Source of the DNA: a virus | IMG/VR virus record: IMGVR_UViG_3300015251_000001 | Location: 1,187-65,186 of that record | Reading direction: 5' to 3' (one strand) | DNA: 64,000 nt | Part shown: piece by piece, positions 46,081-55,304 of the stretch | How positions within the stretch are numbered: position 1 is the stretch's first letter | How the letters are laid out: every line of letters starts with the position of its first letter | Program-made: the position numbers and the translations under genes | The notes under the pieces: generated by a model | What the model saw: the letters and a program-made list of their open reading frames with translations, nothing else | What the model was told of the DNA's origin: nothing | The model's database searches: none

Positions 46081-46965
46081 TTACACCGCAGGGCCGAAGT
46101 CATCATCGTTTGGCATCGGATACCCCAGGGTCGTCCCCAGGTCCAAATCAAAGCCGAGCTTTCCTTTGAGTCTATGGATGTCCTGCGCGAGGAGATGGAT
46201 CTGGTGCTCGTTCGTGTAGGGGGTTGTGGGCGGCATTCCCATCTTCCCCTCCATCACGGCCCGTATTACCAGCGGATCGGGAAGGCCGGCTTCAAAGAAG
46301 CCATGGGCCCGCAGCACGCTGGCGTGGTCACTGCCGGTTGGCGGATACTTGCCATCGTAGGCCGTGTGCGTGAAGGCAAGGGCGGGGTAGCATCCCTTCT
46401 GTTCCAGGGCGAAGTGAATCGACTGCGCCTTGTCCAGCCACATGAGTGGGGCATCGATGCGCAGGCTCCCGTGCATGAGGCCAAGCGACAAACCGATCGT
46501 GGCCTCCATGGAACGGATGAAGGAATTCCGGCAATCCGGATAGTTGGCATTGTCAGCTTGGCACACGCCGGTGACCAGCACGCCACAGCCAAGGGCCACA
46601 GCCCGATTGGCAGCCATCACCAGGAACAGCGCGTTGCGCATGGGGACGAAGGTCTTCTCTACCCGGTCGCCGATGATCTCGTCCATGCTGTCGAAGTCGG
46701 TGTAGGTCTCCAGCGGCTGTGTTGAATCGGTCAACGGGCTTGTGCTTTCCAGCACCGGGCCCAGGCCCACGAAGTGGTGGGTGATGACATCGGCCAGACA
46801 GGCGACGCGCGCGGCGGCCCTGATCTCTTCTGCATGCGTCTGCCCGTAGTCGAAGGTCACGGCATGCACTTCCTGGAAACGCTGCTTGGCCCAGAAAAGA
46901 CAGGTGGTGCTGTCCTGCCCACCGGACAGGATGACCAGGGCTTTGTTCGATGACAATTGGTTCAT
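46081..46965 (-). CDS. queC: 7-cyano-7-deazaguanine synthase, variant lacking the zinc-ligand cysteines
   Basis: SGGQDSTT, FDYGQ.H..E, TFVPMRN..FL, NYPDCR, PLMWLDKA; alternative start 46977. Confidence 0.93.
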   Translation of the reverse strand: MNQLSSNKALVILSGGQDSTTCLFWAKQRFQEVHAVTFDYGQTHAEEIRAAARVACLADVITHHFVGLGPVLESTSPLTDSTQPLETYTDFDSMDEIIGDRVEKTFVPMRNALFLVMAANRAVALGCGVLVTGVCQADNANYPDCRNSFIRSMEATIGLSLGLMHGSLRIDAPLMWLDKAQSIHFALEQKGCYPALAFTHTAYDGKYPPTGSDHASVLRAHGFFEAGLPDPLVIRAVMEGKMGMPPTTPYTNEHQIHLLAQDIHRLKGKLGFDLDLGTTLGYPMPNDDDFGPAV

Positions 46966-46987
46966 TGGAATCTCCATGGTAGGAATG

Positions 46988-47027
46988 AAAAAAGGGCGCC
47001 GTAGCGTTCTAGCTATACGGCGCCCTT
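46988..47027 (-). terminator. Rho-independent terminator with the GTATAGCT motif (47011-47018) embedded
   Basis: 12-bp stem AAGGGCGCCGTA/TACGGCGCCCTT followed by T6 on the - strand; directly upstream of queC. Confidence 0.75.
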
Positions 47028-47061
47028 GACGACGGCGGCCACCACGGCCGCATGAAGCGGG

Positions 47062-47982
47062 CTACTTCAGCTTGCCCGCCTTCTTCAGCAGATCGATCAT
47101 CTTGTGCGCTTCGGCGTAGTTCATGTTCAGAGTGTTGTCCTGAAACTTCAGATCCTCTTTCTTCAGGATTTTGCCGATGTCCTCAACCGTGCGGGTCAGG
47201 TCTTCAATGATCAGCTCGCGGATACGAGTGCCCACCGACACCGGGCCGTTGCTGGCGCGGGTGCGCTTGCCGTCTTCGGCAGGCGCTTCCTTCTTGACTT
47301 CCTCGGTCTTGTCGGCGCTGCGGCGGCCGGCACCACTGGTTTCTGCCTTGCGCTTGCCTTCGACCTTGATGGATTCCACGCGATCCCGGGCAAATTCCTC
47401 CTCGGCCCCGTCGATCTTCAGGACGATCAGCTCGCCGTCCATCTCCACCAGCTCGCCGGTGATGACCTTGCCACGCTTGGTGGTGACCGTGACGGTATCG
47501 CCCACGACCGGATCCTTGGGGCCTTCTTCGGCCGGATCAGAGCCCCCGGCAAGGGGTTCCACCTTCTCGACGCGGTCCATGGCCAGCTCCTCCTCGTCCC
47601 CGGCCGGTGTCTTCAGGACGATCAGGTCCTTGTCGAGTTCCACGATCTTGCCCGTGACGACCTTGCCACGCTTGGTGGTGACCTTGACGTCGTCCTTGAC
47701 CTTGGGCTCGTAGGCCTTGGCGGGGGCTTCGGCTGACACGCGGCGCCGGCCGGTGGCGGCAGGCGGATCCATGTCCGGGAATTCCGGGAGCGACTTCTTG
47801 GCCGTGGCGGCATCGGCGCTGTCGTTCATCCAGTCTTGGGCTTCCTTGCTGAGCCCGTCCCAGACCTTCTCGGGAACCTTGTTGACGGCCATGGCCAGCC
47901 GCAACAGGAAGGTTTGCCGATCCTCGTCCTTCTTGGGATCGACTTCGGCGGCGTCGCACAGTTCCTTTTGGATCTTGCTCAT
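47062..47982 (-). CDS. Hypothetical protein with two tandem Sm/SH3-like beta-barrel repeats
   Basis: V.VTTKRGKV.TG..VE.D..LIVLK...EEE...DRVE.. twice; 25-bp exact DNA repeat at 47464-47488 and 47659-47683. Confidence 0.7.
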   Translation of the reverse strand: MSKIQKELCDAAEVDPKKDEDRQTFLLRLAMAVNKVPEKVWDGLSKEAQDWMNDSADAATAKKSLPEFPDMDPPAATGRRRVSAEAPAKAYEPKVKDDVKVTTKRGKVVTGKIVELDKDLIVLKTPAGDEEELAMDRVEKVEPLAGGSDPAEEGPKDPVVGDTVTVTTKRGKVITGELVEMDGELIVLKIDGAEEEFARDRVESIKVEGKRKAETSGAGRRSADKTEEVKKEAPAEDGKRTRASNGPVSVGTRIRELIIEDLTRTVEDIGKILKKEDLKFQDNTLNMNYAEAHKMIDLLKKAGKLK

Positions 47983-48045
47983 TTGGTTTCGAAACTCCTA
48001 CTTGGTGGTTGCTGTGGAAAATCAGAACGGCGTGGCCGTCCACGT

Positions 48046-48053
48046 AGCTATAC
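48046..48053 (-). promoter_or_regulatory. GTATAGCT putative phage promoter motif
   Basis: Overlaps the stop of the sigma-like gene; upstream of the 47982 start. Confidence 0.45.
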
Positions 48054-48605
48054 GCTGGTGGAAGTGAAATAGTCCTCCACCAGCTTCACGGGATCGAGTG
48101 CCGGGTCGAGGCCCAACAGTTTGTTCAGGTGGCGGGATCCCCCCGCCTTGTTATTCCCTCCTGCGCGCCATGCATCAAAGGCGGCCTCCAACAGTTCCTT
48201 GGGGGCGTCCAGGAAAACAGACAACACGAGGCGGACCTCCTTTGGAGCCTCCTTGATCATGACCATAAGGAAGCCGCTGTTCTCCAGGTCGCCCGGGGCT
48301 TCGGCAGCCGGACCTGCGCCAGAATCCACACTGATGCAATTCCGATCTTCCGTGTCGTAGCTGGCCATGTCCGAAAAGCGATTCGACCATGCCCGCTTGA
48401 ACAAGGCCATGAAGGCCTGGGGCGTGTCGTATTCCGGGCTCTTCGGGAAGCGCTTGCAACAGCGAAGGAAGCACTCGTATGCCTCCTGCATAACTTCGTC
48501 CCGGGCCATCGTGCGTTCAACGCGCCAATAGGACAGGGACCCTTTAGAAAGCTGGTTGACAACCCAACCCATGATAGGACCTTCAAAAACCGGCTGGTAG
48601 CTCAT
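48048..48605 (-). CDS. Sigma70/ECF region-2-like protein
   Basis: RDEVMQEAYECFLRCCKRF...FMALFKRAWSNRFSDM resembles sigma region 2; weak region-4-like APKEVRLVLSVF. Confidence 0.55.
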   Translation of the reverse strand: MSYQPVFEGPIMGWVVNQLSKGSLSYWRVERTMARDEVMQEAYECFLRCCKRFPKSPEYDTPQAFMALFKRAWSNRFSDMASYDTEDRNCISVDSGAGPAAEAPGDLENSGFLMVMIKEAPKEVRLVLSVFLDAPKELLEAAFDAWRAGGNNKAGGSRHLNKLLGLDPALDPVKLVEDYFTSTSV

Positions 48606-49072
48606 ATGGCAACCCTCTTCTTATAGGGACCCCGCTTCTTGCCCATGCGCGCCAATGCTGCCTTTGCCTGGATCTCTGGCGTGATCCAGTGATTGACCCT
48701 GCCCTTCATGGAAGCCGAAAGCTGATCCCGGTGCTCCTGGCTGACGGGTCGCCCCGCGAGCGCCTGGGAGATCCTTTGCCGCGTCTCATCTCGGAGTGGC
48801 ACCCCAAGATGACCAGCGCTAGAAACGAGCCGTTGGTTGTACGGCGGCTTGTGCTTCATGATTGCCCCTAGTTCCGCTTCACAGGCCCTGGAGAAAATCG
48901 TAAAACGCTGGTAGAGTCCCAATTCAGTTTTGACTCCAGTGCGCCGGTAGAAGTCTTTCCATCGCTTCTCTGGGTCTACGCTTCGACCGATATAAATTAT
49001 TCCACCGTGAACCGGGTCCAGGAGGTAATAAACGTAGTGGACGATGGGCCCCTTGAATTCTGGTTTATACAC
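48602..49072 (-). CDS. GIY-YIG homing endonuclease
   Basis: YVYYL...IYIGRS..P..R...AE..AI.KHKPPYN, ETRQRIS / EHRDQLS NUMOD-like repeats. Confidence 0.8.
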   Translation of the reverse strand: MYKPEFKGPIVHYVYYLLDPVHGGIIYIGRSVDPEKRWKDFYRRTGVKTELGLYQRFTIFSRACEAELGAIMKHKPPYNQRLVSSAGHLGVPLRDETRQRISQALAGRPVSQEHRDQLSASMKGRVNHWITPEIQAKAALARMGKKRGPYKKRVAI

Positions 49073-49418
49073 TGATGAATCTCCGTCGAGTGGTTTTGGT
49101 TTCAGATCCCATGGCCGCGCCTTGGGAAGCCGGCTGGGAGGGCGATTCTAGACGGATCAGGCGCCGGTGGGTCTTCGTTGGCGCAGCACCGGTGAAGGTG
49201 CCATTGCGCACAGCTTCCAGGATGGCAGACAGATCCGTCCCGGCCACGGTGGTGTTGGATGGGGCGACCCAGGCATCTACCCCGTCACAGATTCCCACCA
49301 CGCTATGGTCCCCCGGGACCATGAAGATCTTCACATCTCGTTTCCGATGCGGATCGTGGTACCCGGCGAGATGCAGGCACCCCTGGAAATGACTCTCAAA
49401 CAGATGGTTGTATTTCAT
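49065..49418 (-). CDS. Hypothetical protein
   Basis: RBS AGGAG before MKYNH; ATGA-coupled to primase. Confidence 0.55.
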   Translation of the reverse strand: MKYNHLFESHFQGCLHLAGYHDPHRKRDVKIFMVPGDHSVVGICDGVDAWVAPSNTTVAGTDLSAILEAVRNGTFTGAAPTKTHRRLIRLESPSQPASQGAAMGSETKTTRRRFISV

Positions 49419-50434
49419 ACGAGCGCTCCTTGCTCCTGGCACCACATCTTGGCTTGACGCGCAGTTAGCGCCCCGCCATCCTTCTGGTCATACGGCACTT
49501 TGACCGCTTTCACGTTGTGCATGAATCCCAATTCCTGCTTCAACCGCATACTATCCACGAAGCCCAACGTAGTTGCGTTGTCCATCATTACCAGCTTCAG
49601 ATCGAACTGATCGTCTGCCGCTGACAGCATGGCCGCTTGCTCCTCGCTGACTGAATTGGTGGACAGGGCCACTGAACGCACGCCGTACTTTTTACCGTAA
49701 AAATCGATCTTCAGTGCATCAACGGGGCCTTCCTGGATCACCAGAACCCGGCCCCCTTCGATGATGCAGTCGTGATTGTAAAGCGTCTCCTTCGGCGGCA
49801 CTAGGCAAAATTCCCGATCCAGATCCTTGTATCGCACGGTCGCAGGTCCGATTGCTCTTGCCGTCCACGCCACCATTTTGCCGTCAAGGTAGTAGGGCAT
49901 GATGACCCGGCCGGTGTAATTGCCATCCCTGGCAGTTCGGAGGTCGTAGTCGTGCACCAGATCGAGGATGTCCCGTTCCTCGAAGCCCCGTCCGTAGAGG
50001 TAGTTCCAGGCGCGCCGGGTTCCGATCTTGTCCGTGATTGGCGCGGCGTAGCGGTCATGTTGCAGGAACTCACGGCGGACCTCCTCGGGCCTGCCAGTTT
50101 CAGAGCCCCGGCCCAGCAGCCTTGCGGCTGTGGCATCAAATCCTTCCGGGTCTACATAGTCCTCCCCAAGCCCTGCGGTCTTTCTGGCAAGCCAGTAGGG
50201 GATCCCCAACAGCCGCATGATCAGCCGGACCGGGCTCTTTCCACTGTGGGCCGCGCGGTTCCGCCAACAGCTCCACCAGCCGGTCGTCAGGTTCAGTCCC
50301 ATGTGGTAGCTCGGATCCGCAGAGCCGCATAGTGGGCACCGGATGTTGATCTCGCCCCGCTTCACATTGGGTCCGCGTTCAATGAACGGGATGCCCTCCC
50401 GCCGTAGCAGGTCGGGCCAGTCAAAGATCCTCAC
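49415..50434 (-). CDS. DNA primase (zinc finger plus TOPRIM)
   Basis: CPLCG...CWR zinc finger; VIMPY..DG..VAWTAR; IQEGPVDA; VMMDN. GTG start inferred. Confidence 0.85.
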   Translation of the reverse strand: MRIFDWPDLLRREGIPFIERGPNVKRGEINIRCPLCGSADPSYHMGLNLTTGWWSCWRNRAAHSGKSPVRLIMRLLGIPYWLARKTAGLGEDYVDPEGFDATAARLLGRGSETGRPEEVRREFLQHDRYAAPITDKIGTRRAWNYLYGRGFEERDILDLVHDYDLRTARDGNYTGRVIMPYYLDGKMVAWTARAIGPATVRYKDLDREFCLVPPKETLYNHDCIIEGGRVLVIQEGPVDALKIDFYGKKYGVRSVALSTNSVSEEQAAMLSAADDQFDLKLVMMDNATTLGFVDSMRLKQELGFMHNVKAVKVPYDQKDGGALTARQAKMWCQEQGALV

Positions 50435-50637
50435 AGCCAACGTGCGTAGCGTTGCCGGAAATCCCAATCGCTCATCTCCAGCCGCTCCCTTCTGAGGAGC
50501 TCTACCACGTCCGCAACATCCGTTGGAACGTTGGCGTAGAGCTTGGTCCAATCACGAGCCATGGATGCCCAAAGCTTGTTGGCGAGCTTTCGAAGGTTGA
50601 TGTGTCGACTTGCAAGACGTGCCATTTTTATCTCCAT
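50431..50637 (-). CDS. Hypothetical protein
   Basis: Fills the gap; GTGA overlap with primase. Confidence 0.45.
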   Translation of the reverse strand: MEIKMARLASRHINLRKLANKLWASMARDWTKLYANVPTDVADVVELLRRERLEMSDWDFRQRYARWL

Positions 50638-50658
50638 GTGGCAGGGAAGCCGATGATA

Positions 50659-52221
50659 TCACACCTGACCGCCTAGTAACGCGCTGCGGGTTATACGGCC
50701 GTTCACCACCTTGTCGTACAGGTCATTGCCCTCCGCGATGTCCTGTAGGATGCCGGATTCGACGGTGCCCCGATAGGTCAGGTCATAGATGAAGCACCGA
50801 TGTTCCTGACCTGGGCGATGGATGCGCTTAATCACCTGCTTGCGTTCGGTGGGGCTGCTCGGGCTTTCGTAGAGGATCATGTAGCGAGCCACCTTCTGAA
50901 GGCCGTCATTGCCAGTGCCACCAGCACTAGAATTCATGATCATCACCCGGCACTTCGGGTCCGTCATGAACCGTTGCCGGCTTGCGCTCTTGTCCTTGGT
51001 GCCACCATAGAACCACTCATAGTCAAGACCCATGTGCTTGACCCTCTCTACCAGCATGGCCCCGGTGGCGGTGTAGTCGTAAGCGATCACGGCCTTGGTG
51101 TCCCCCATCTCATCGAGCAGCCGCTCGACCCCATCCAGCTTGGAATTCTGTTTGAAATAGACGACGTGGTCCCCGTGCTCGTCCTTCCATGCGAGGTATC
51201 CGGAGCAGATCTGGCGCATACGCAGCCAAGGCGCCTCAAGCTCCTTGAGCTTCCCCTTGGCGTCCAGAAGCCCCTGCACGGCCCGCAGATAGTGCTCCCG
51301 TTGCTCCGGACACATCTCGAAGTGTTGGGACCTGTGCACGCGCTTCGGAAGATCAAGGACCTCGTCCTCGTCGTAGCGAAGCGACCTGTGCTGGAGCATC
51401 CTGTGGAAGGTCGGCGACTGGTGCTTGTTGAAGATGTACTTAACGCCCTTCCACGGGCTGATTTTCTCCGTGAAGAGGCTAGCCCGGAACAGCCCAAGAT
51501 TTTCGCCGAAGGTCTCGCCACGATCCACCAGGTAGAACTGGGACCAAGCTGCTTCTGGGTTGTGGCCGAAGAGGGTGCCTGTGGTCGCGTAGCAATAGTC
51601 CACACGCTTCGTGATCTGACGGAGCAGGGAGAACCACAGGGATTGATGATTGGCCAGCTTGTGGCTTTCATCAATCCCTATGAAGTTGTATATCTTCAGA
51701 AGCTGCCTCATTTTCTTCTCGTCCTTGACCAGCTTAGACCTCCCGTTGATCTTCTCTTTCACGCTCAGTGCCAGGTGCAGCCCCTGGTAATCGATGAAAG
51801 TGATGTCCCCCTCCGGCTCAATCAGCCGTTCGTATTTCTCGCCGATGTCCGCCACATCGCAGTGCCAGGGCTCCAGGTTCGAGTGCCTGAGCGTGTCCTC
51901 CCACCAGCTGTCAATGTTGATGAGCCTGGGCACGGTCACCAAGGCCTTGGTCAGCTTCCCTTCCCGCTGCACCTGGGTGGCTGCATCCAGAATGATTTTG
52001 CTTTTCCCCAGGCCCATGTCCAGCAAGAAAAGAAAGCGGGGGTGGTGAAGTGCGAGGTAGAAGCAGACAAGCTGGTGGAGCCACGGGTCGGTTTTGAAGT
52101 AGGGCCGAACCCGGAGGCCCCTCAGCTCCCCCATGATCTGATCCCTGGATAACTTCTTCATCCACAGGAAGCTGTCCAGTTCCCTGGACAAGAATTCTGC
52201 TACGGCCCCTTTCTTAATCAT
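50659..52221 (-). CDS. SNF2-family (SF2) helicase
   Basis: LDMGLGKS, GIDESH, TGT, GGTGNDGLQ, Q...RIHRPGQ. Confidence 0.92.
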   Translation of the reverse strand: MIKKGAVAEFLSRELDSFLWMKKLSRDQIMGELRGLRVRPYFKTDPWLHQLVCFYLALHHPRFLFLLDMGLGKSKIILDAATQVQREGKLTKALVTVPRLINIDSWWEDTLRHSNLEPWHCDVADIGEKYERLIEPEGDITFIDYQGLHLALSVKEKINGRSKLVKDEKKMRQLLKIYNFIGIDESHKLANHQSLWFSLLRQITKRVDYCYATTGTLFGHNPEAAWSQFYLVDRGETFGENLGLFRASLFTEKISPWKGVKYIFNKHQSPTFHRMLQHRSLRYDEDEVLDLPKRVHRSQHFEMCPEQREHYLRAVQGLLDAKGKLKELEAPWLRMRQICSGYLAWKDEHGDHVVYFKQNSKLDGVERLLDEMGDTKAVIAYDYTATGAMLVERVKHMGLDYEWFYGGTKDKSASRQRFMTDPKCRVMIMNSSAGGTGNDGLQKVARYMILYESPSSPTERKQVIKRIHRPGQEHRCFIYDLTYRGTVESGILQDIAEGNDLYDKVVNGRITRSALLGGQV

Positions 52222-53720
52222 TTCCTGGCCGTCCTTCTGGTGCCCTGACTCCGGGCTGGTGGCTTTTGCCGGTCTTCTTCCTCTTCGTCATCTTCCACCC
52301 GATGCCGGCTACGTTCCTTAGTCTTATCCTTCATCATTTCCCAATAGTCCCCAGACTTCAACGGCACAGAGTCAAGGCAGAACTGTCCTATTGCATAGGC
52401 TTGCGTGATCAGCACCGAAAACCCGTCCCGCTGGTTCCGGGCCTTCTCCACCAGGATCCGGGCCAGGCCCAGCCGCTCCTCCATGTCCGTGCGAGAAAGC
52501 GTCAGGCAAACGTCCACGGTCGCCAGCTTGCTGATGTCCTCGGCAACCATGGCCCCCGTGACTGTTGTGGCCTCCTCGCTATCCCGGTTGCCCTGACTGA
52601 CGGCCACGCAAGCGCAATTGCGCTTGACCCCGAGACCCCGGAACTCCTCAACGATGCGGCCCAGTTCAACGCGCTTGTTCTTTAGATCGTGCTTTAACAG
52701 ATCAGGGTAGTCAAGGCAGATCAGATCCGGGACAAAGCCCTCGAAGCGCTCAAGCTGGTCAAGATAGGACTCAACGTCCGCCATGGTCGCGGACCCGTTG
52801 GGGAATTGCTTCAGATAGATGGGCTTGCGACGGCTGAAATCCCGTGTGATCCTGGGGGACAGGCTTTCCCGATCTTCCTTGCGGCCGAGGCTGAGCCTCT
52901 CGACTTCTTCGTAGAGCACGTCCTCCAGCGATCCATCCCGGTTCTTGATGAGCTGGGCCAGCCTGACGGTAGATTCCCTCTCGGTCACGGAGAAGAAGGT
53001 TTGAACTATCCGCGCCGCATAGCGCTTCTCGCTCATTTCCAAGGTGATGATCACCACGCTCCATCGTTGAAGAAGCGCCATCTTTGCGCAATGCGTGATG
53101 AACCACGACTTGCCGCGCCCCCGAGGGGCAATCAGCATGAACAGCTCTTTCCTGCGTGGAAAAATGCCGAGCTTATCTAGCTCCGGAATGCCGAGCTCGA
53201 ACCCGGGCTCGTTTAGATCTCCTTCCAGGAGCCCCGCCATTTGGGCCGGATCCTTGAGGTTCAGCCCAGCATCGAAAGAGATCACTTGCTTCGACAATGC
53301 CTTCTGCATTGCCAGCTCGGCCGCCTCAATGTTGCCGGCTTCCATGGCCTCCACGGCCTCTACGAGGCCAGACTTGAAGGTCTGCCCACGCACGAACGCC
53401 TGAAGCTGTGAAATGACATACTGGGCATTCAACGAGTCTTTAGACAGGAACAGATTGTCCACGAGCCGCTTGTAGCTGGTAGCCTTCCGAGCATCATCCC
53501 CTTTCAGAATGTCCTCGAGGTGATCCGGTAGGTGTTCCTTTACGGCCCCCCCATATTGATCGATGAAGGAAATGGCAATCCCCGCCACCTCTCGAAACAC
53601 CGAGGATTCGAAGAGCTGCGGGGTCAGTGCCGCCCTGGCAATCTTGCAGTGGGCGTCGTCAAAGCATAGGAGCGTAAGGAGATTTTCCTGTAACGCCCCA
53701 CTGAGGCGTTCGTCGCTCAT
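52218..53720 (-). CDS. dnaB: DnaB-like replicative helicase
   Basis: Walker A APRGRGKS, ITLEM, CLDYPDLL, AVSQGNR, VEKARNQRDG. Confidence 0.9.
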   Translation of the reverse strand: MSDERLSGALQENLLTLLCFDDAHCKIARAALTPQLFESSVFREVAGIAISFIDQYGGAVKEHLPDHLEDILKGDDARKATSYKRLVDNLFLSKDSLNAQYVISQLQAFVRGQTFKSGLVEAVEAMEAGNIEAAELAMQKALSKQVISFDAGLNLKDPAQMAGLLEGDLNEPGFELGIPELDKLGIFPRRKELFMLIAPRGRGKSWFITHCAKMALLQRWSVVIITLEMSEKRYAARIVQTFFSVTERESTVRLAQLIKNRDGSLEDVLYEEVERLSLGRKEDRESLSPRITRDFSRRKPIYLKQFPNGSATMADVESYLDQLERFEGFVPDLICLDYPDLLKHDLKNKRVELGRIVEEFRGLGVKRNCACVAVSQGNRDSEEATTVTGAMVAEDISKLATVDVCLTLSRTDMEERLGLARILVEKARNQRDGFSVLITQAYAIGQFCLDSVPLKSGDYWEMMKDKTKERSRHRVEDDEEEEDRQKPPARSQGTRRTARK

Positions 53721-54196
53721 GCGATTCGCCGACGGATTTCGTGCTCCACGTCGGCCAGGGTCGCAGACTCGAGCTTTTCTGCAATGCCCACCACGTGATG
53801 AAGCAGCCACGGCGAGAGATAGCCAGTTTCCACACCGCTTGCATTGATCAGGAACACGGGCTTACGGCGCACTACGGCCGCATAGAAAATTTCCATGGAG
53901 GTCCCCACGGATGGCCGATCGTAGTAGGCCAGCACCCCATCACTCAGATTGATGTCAGACAGGTCCTCTTCCACCACGCCCGCGGCTTGCTCCGGCCTCC
54001 AGAAGAGGTTTCGGTAGTCACGGTCCATGGGATCACGACACTCGCCTGGCCAATTCTGCTTGACCCAGTCTCTCCAATCCCGGCATTCAGAGTCCGATCT
54101 ATCTTGGATCGGGCCACAGAGGTAGATCGTCAGCGGCCTGAGCTGCTGTTGAATGGTCGGGGCATGGCCAGCCAAGTCGAATGGGATCGTGTTCAT
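53717..54196 (-). CDS. Nucleoside 2-deoxyribosyltransferase / nucleotide N-glycosidase family protein
   Basis: IYLCGPI...WR...DP...DLSDI..SDGVL....SVGTSMEIFYA. Confidence 0.82.
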   Translation of the reverse strand: MNTIPFDLAGHAPTIQQQLRPLTIYLCGPIQDRSDSECRDWRDWVKQNWPGECRDPMDRDYRNLFWRPEQAAGVVEEDLSDINLSDGVLAYYDRPSVGTSMEIFYAAVVRRKPVFLINASGVETGYLSPWLLHHVVGIAEKLESATLADVEHEIRRRIA

Positions 54197-54199
54197 GAT

Positions 54200-54448
54200 T
54201 CAATCCTTGATAAGGGTTGCTGTCTTGGCTTCTTCTACAGCCATTGAAAGCAGCTCGGCTGTGTAGAAGTCGGTGGTTACGAGTTCAACGGCCACCCCAA
54301 GAGCACTAGCACCGGCGTTCCAGCAAGCAACGGCAATATTCAACAAATCTCCCTCATTCACTGACTGGAGGCTGTCTGATTCAAAGCCAACGGTGTTGGC
54401 AAAAATTACACGGAAGGCTTCCACCTGTTCCGGGGTCATGGTCGGCAT
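54200..54448 (-). CDS. Hypothetical protein
   Basis: RBS AGGAG; operon position. Confidence 0.5.
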   Translation of the reverse strand: MPTMTPEQVEAFRVIFANTVGFESDSLQSVNEGDLLNIAVACWNAGASALGVAVELVTTDFYTAELLSMAVEEAKTATLIKD

Positions 54449-54452
54449 AGTG

Positions 54453-55304
54453 CTACTCCTGGATTTGTTCAAACGAATCAAGCATTGCTTTGGTCACGTC
54501 GATGTCATAACGGCCACAGAATCTATACAGGGCCTGAGCTGAAAAGGAACGAGAAAGGCTGGGAGGCGTTTCCTTCCATGGGAACTGAGGATGCGGGAGC
54601 TTGATCAAGCCCAGGTTCCGGTCAATCATCGGCCCCCACTTCTCCCTCAGCGGACGAAGGAGCGCCGGATCCTTGGCTGCCTTGGCTGCACGAACCTCCC
54701 CGACCCCGGGGATCCCCTCGATGTCGTTGTGAGTGCCTTGCAAGGCCGTGGCGAGCATGAACTGCTCCGGGGTCAATCCCTTGTCCTTCATCAGGGATGC
54801 CCCGGTCACGAGCTTGGCAATGGAATCCCGGTAGATGAAGAAGCGATCACACCCCAGGAGCTGGAACAGATCGCTGTCGTTGCTCGCCGCGTAGATGCAA
54901 TCGTACCTGGATCTCCTCTGCGCTACGCAATGGCCGATCAAATCATCGGATTCGAACCCGTCCACCCCCCACAAGGGGAGCCCGATAACCTCGATGGCAT
55001 CCAGCACCAGCTTCATGGATTGGGAGTACATCAGGAGCAGCTCATCATCCGCGTTCTTCTTGCGAAGCTGCTTGTAGTCTGGATAGGTCGCACTCCGTAG
55101 ATAGGGTTTTCGATCCTGACATATGACGATCTGGTTGGCCCTGGTTTCCCGAATGGTCTTGGCCAGGGTCGTGAGGAAGCCATAGAGCCCACCGGTGAAG
55201 GTGCGCCGGCTTGTCAGCATCGGGTGCGCTGCGGATGCACGGTAGACCTGGTAACTCAAATCCACAGCAAGGAGGATGGGGAGACGCCCAGCACCGCGAG
55301 TCAT
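54453..55304 (-). CDS. 5'-3' flap exonuclease (RNase H / PolI N-terminal-like)
   Basis: VDLSYQVYRA, YPDYKQ.R, FESDD, SNDSDLFQL, DIEGIPGVGE. Confidence 0.9.
   Translation of the reverse strand: MTRGAGRLPILLAVDLSYQVYRASAAHPMLTSRRTFTGGLYGFLTTLAKTIRETRANQIVICQDRKPYLRSATYPDYKQLRKKNADDELLLMYSQSMKLVLDAIEVIGLPLWGVDGFESDDLIGHCVAQRRSRYDCIYAASNDSDLFQLLGCDRFFIYRDSIAKLVTGASLMKDKGLTPEQFMLATALQGTHNDIEGIPGVGEVRAAKAAKDPALLRPLREKWGPMIDRNLGLIKLPHPQFPWKETPPSLSRSFSAQALYRFCGRYDIDVTKAMLDSFEQIQE
54521..54528 (-). promoter_or_regulatory. GTATAGAT motif inside the 3' end of the exonuclease gene
   Basis: Correct orientation for downstream genes; preceded by AGGCC like the queE and queD copies. Confidence 0.35.
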
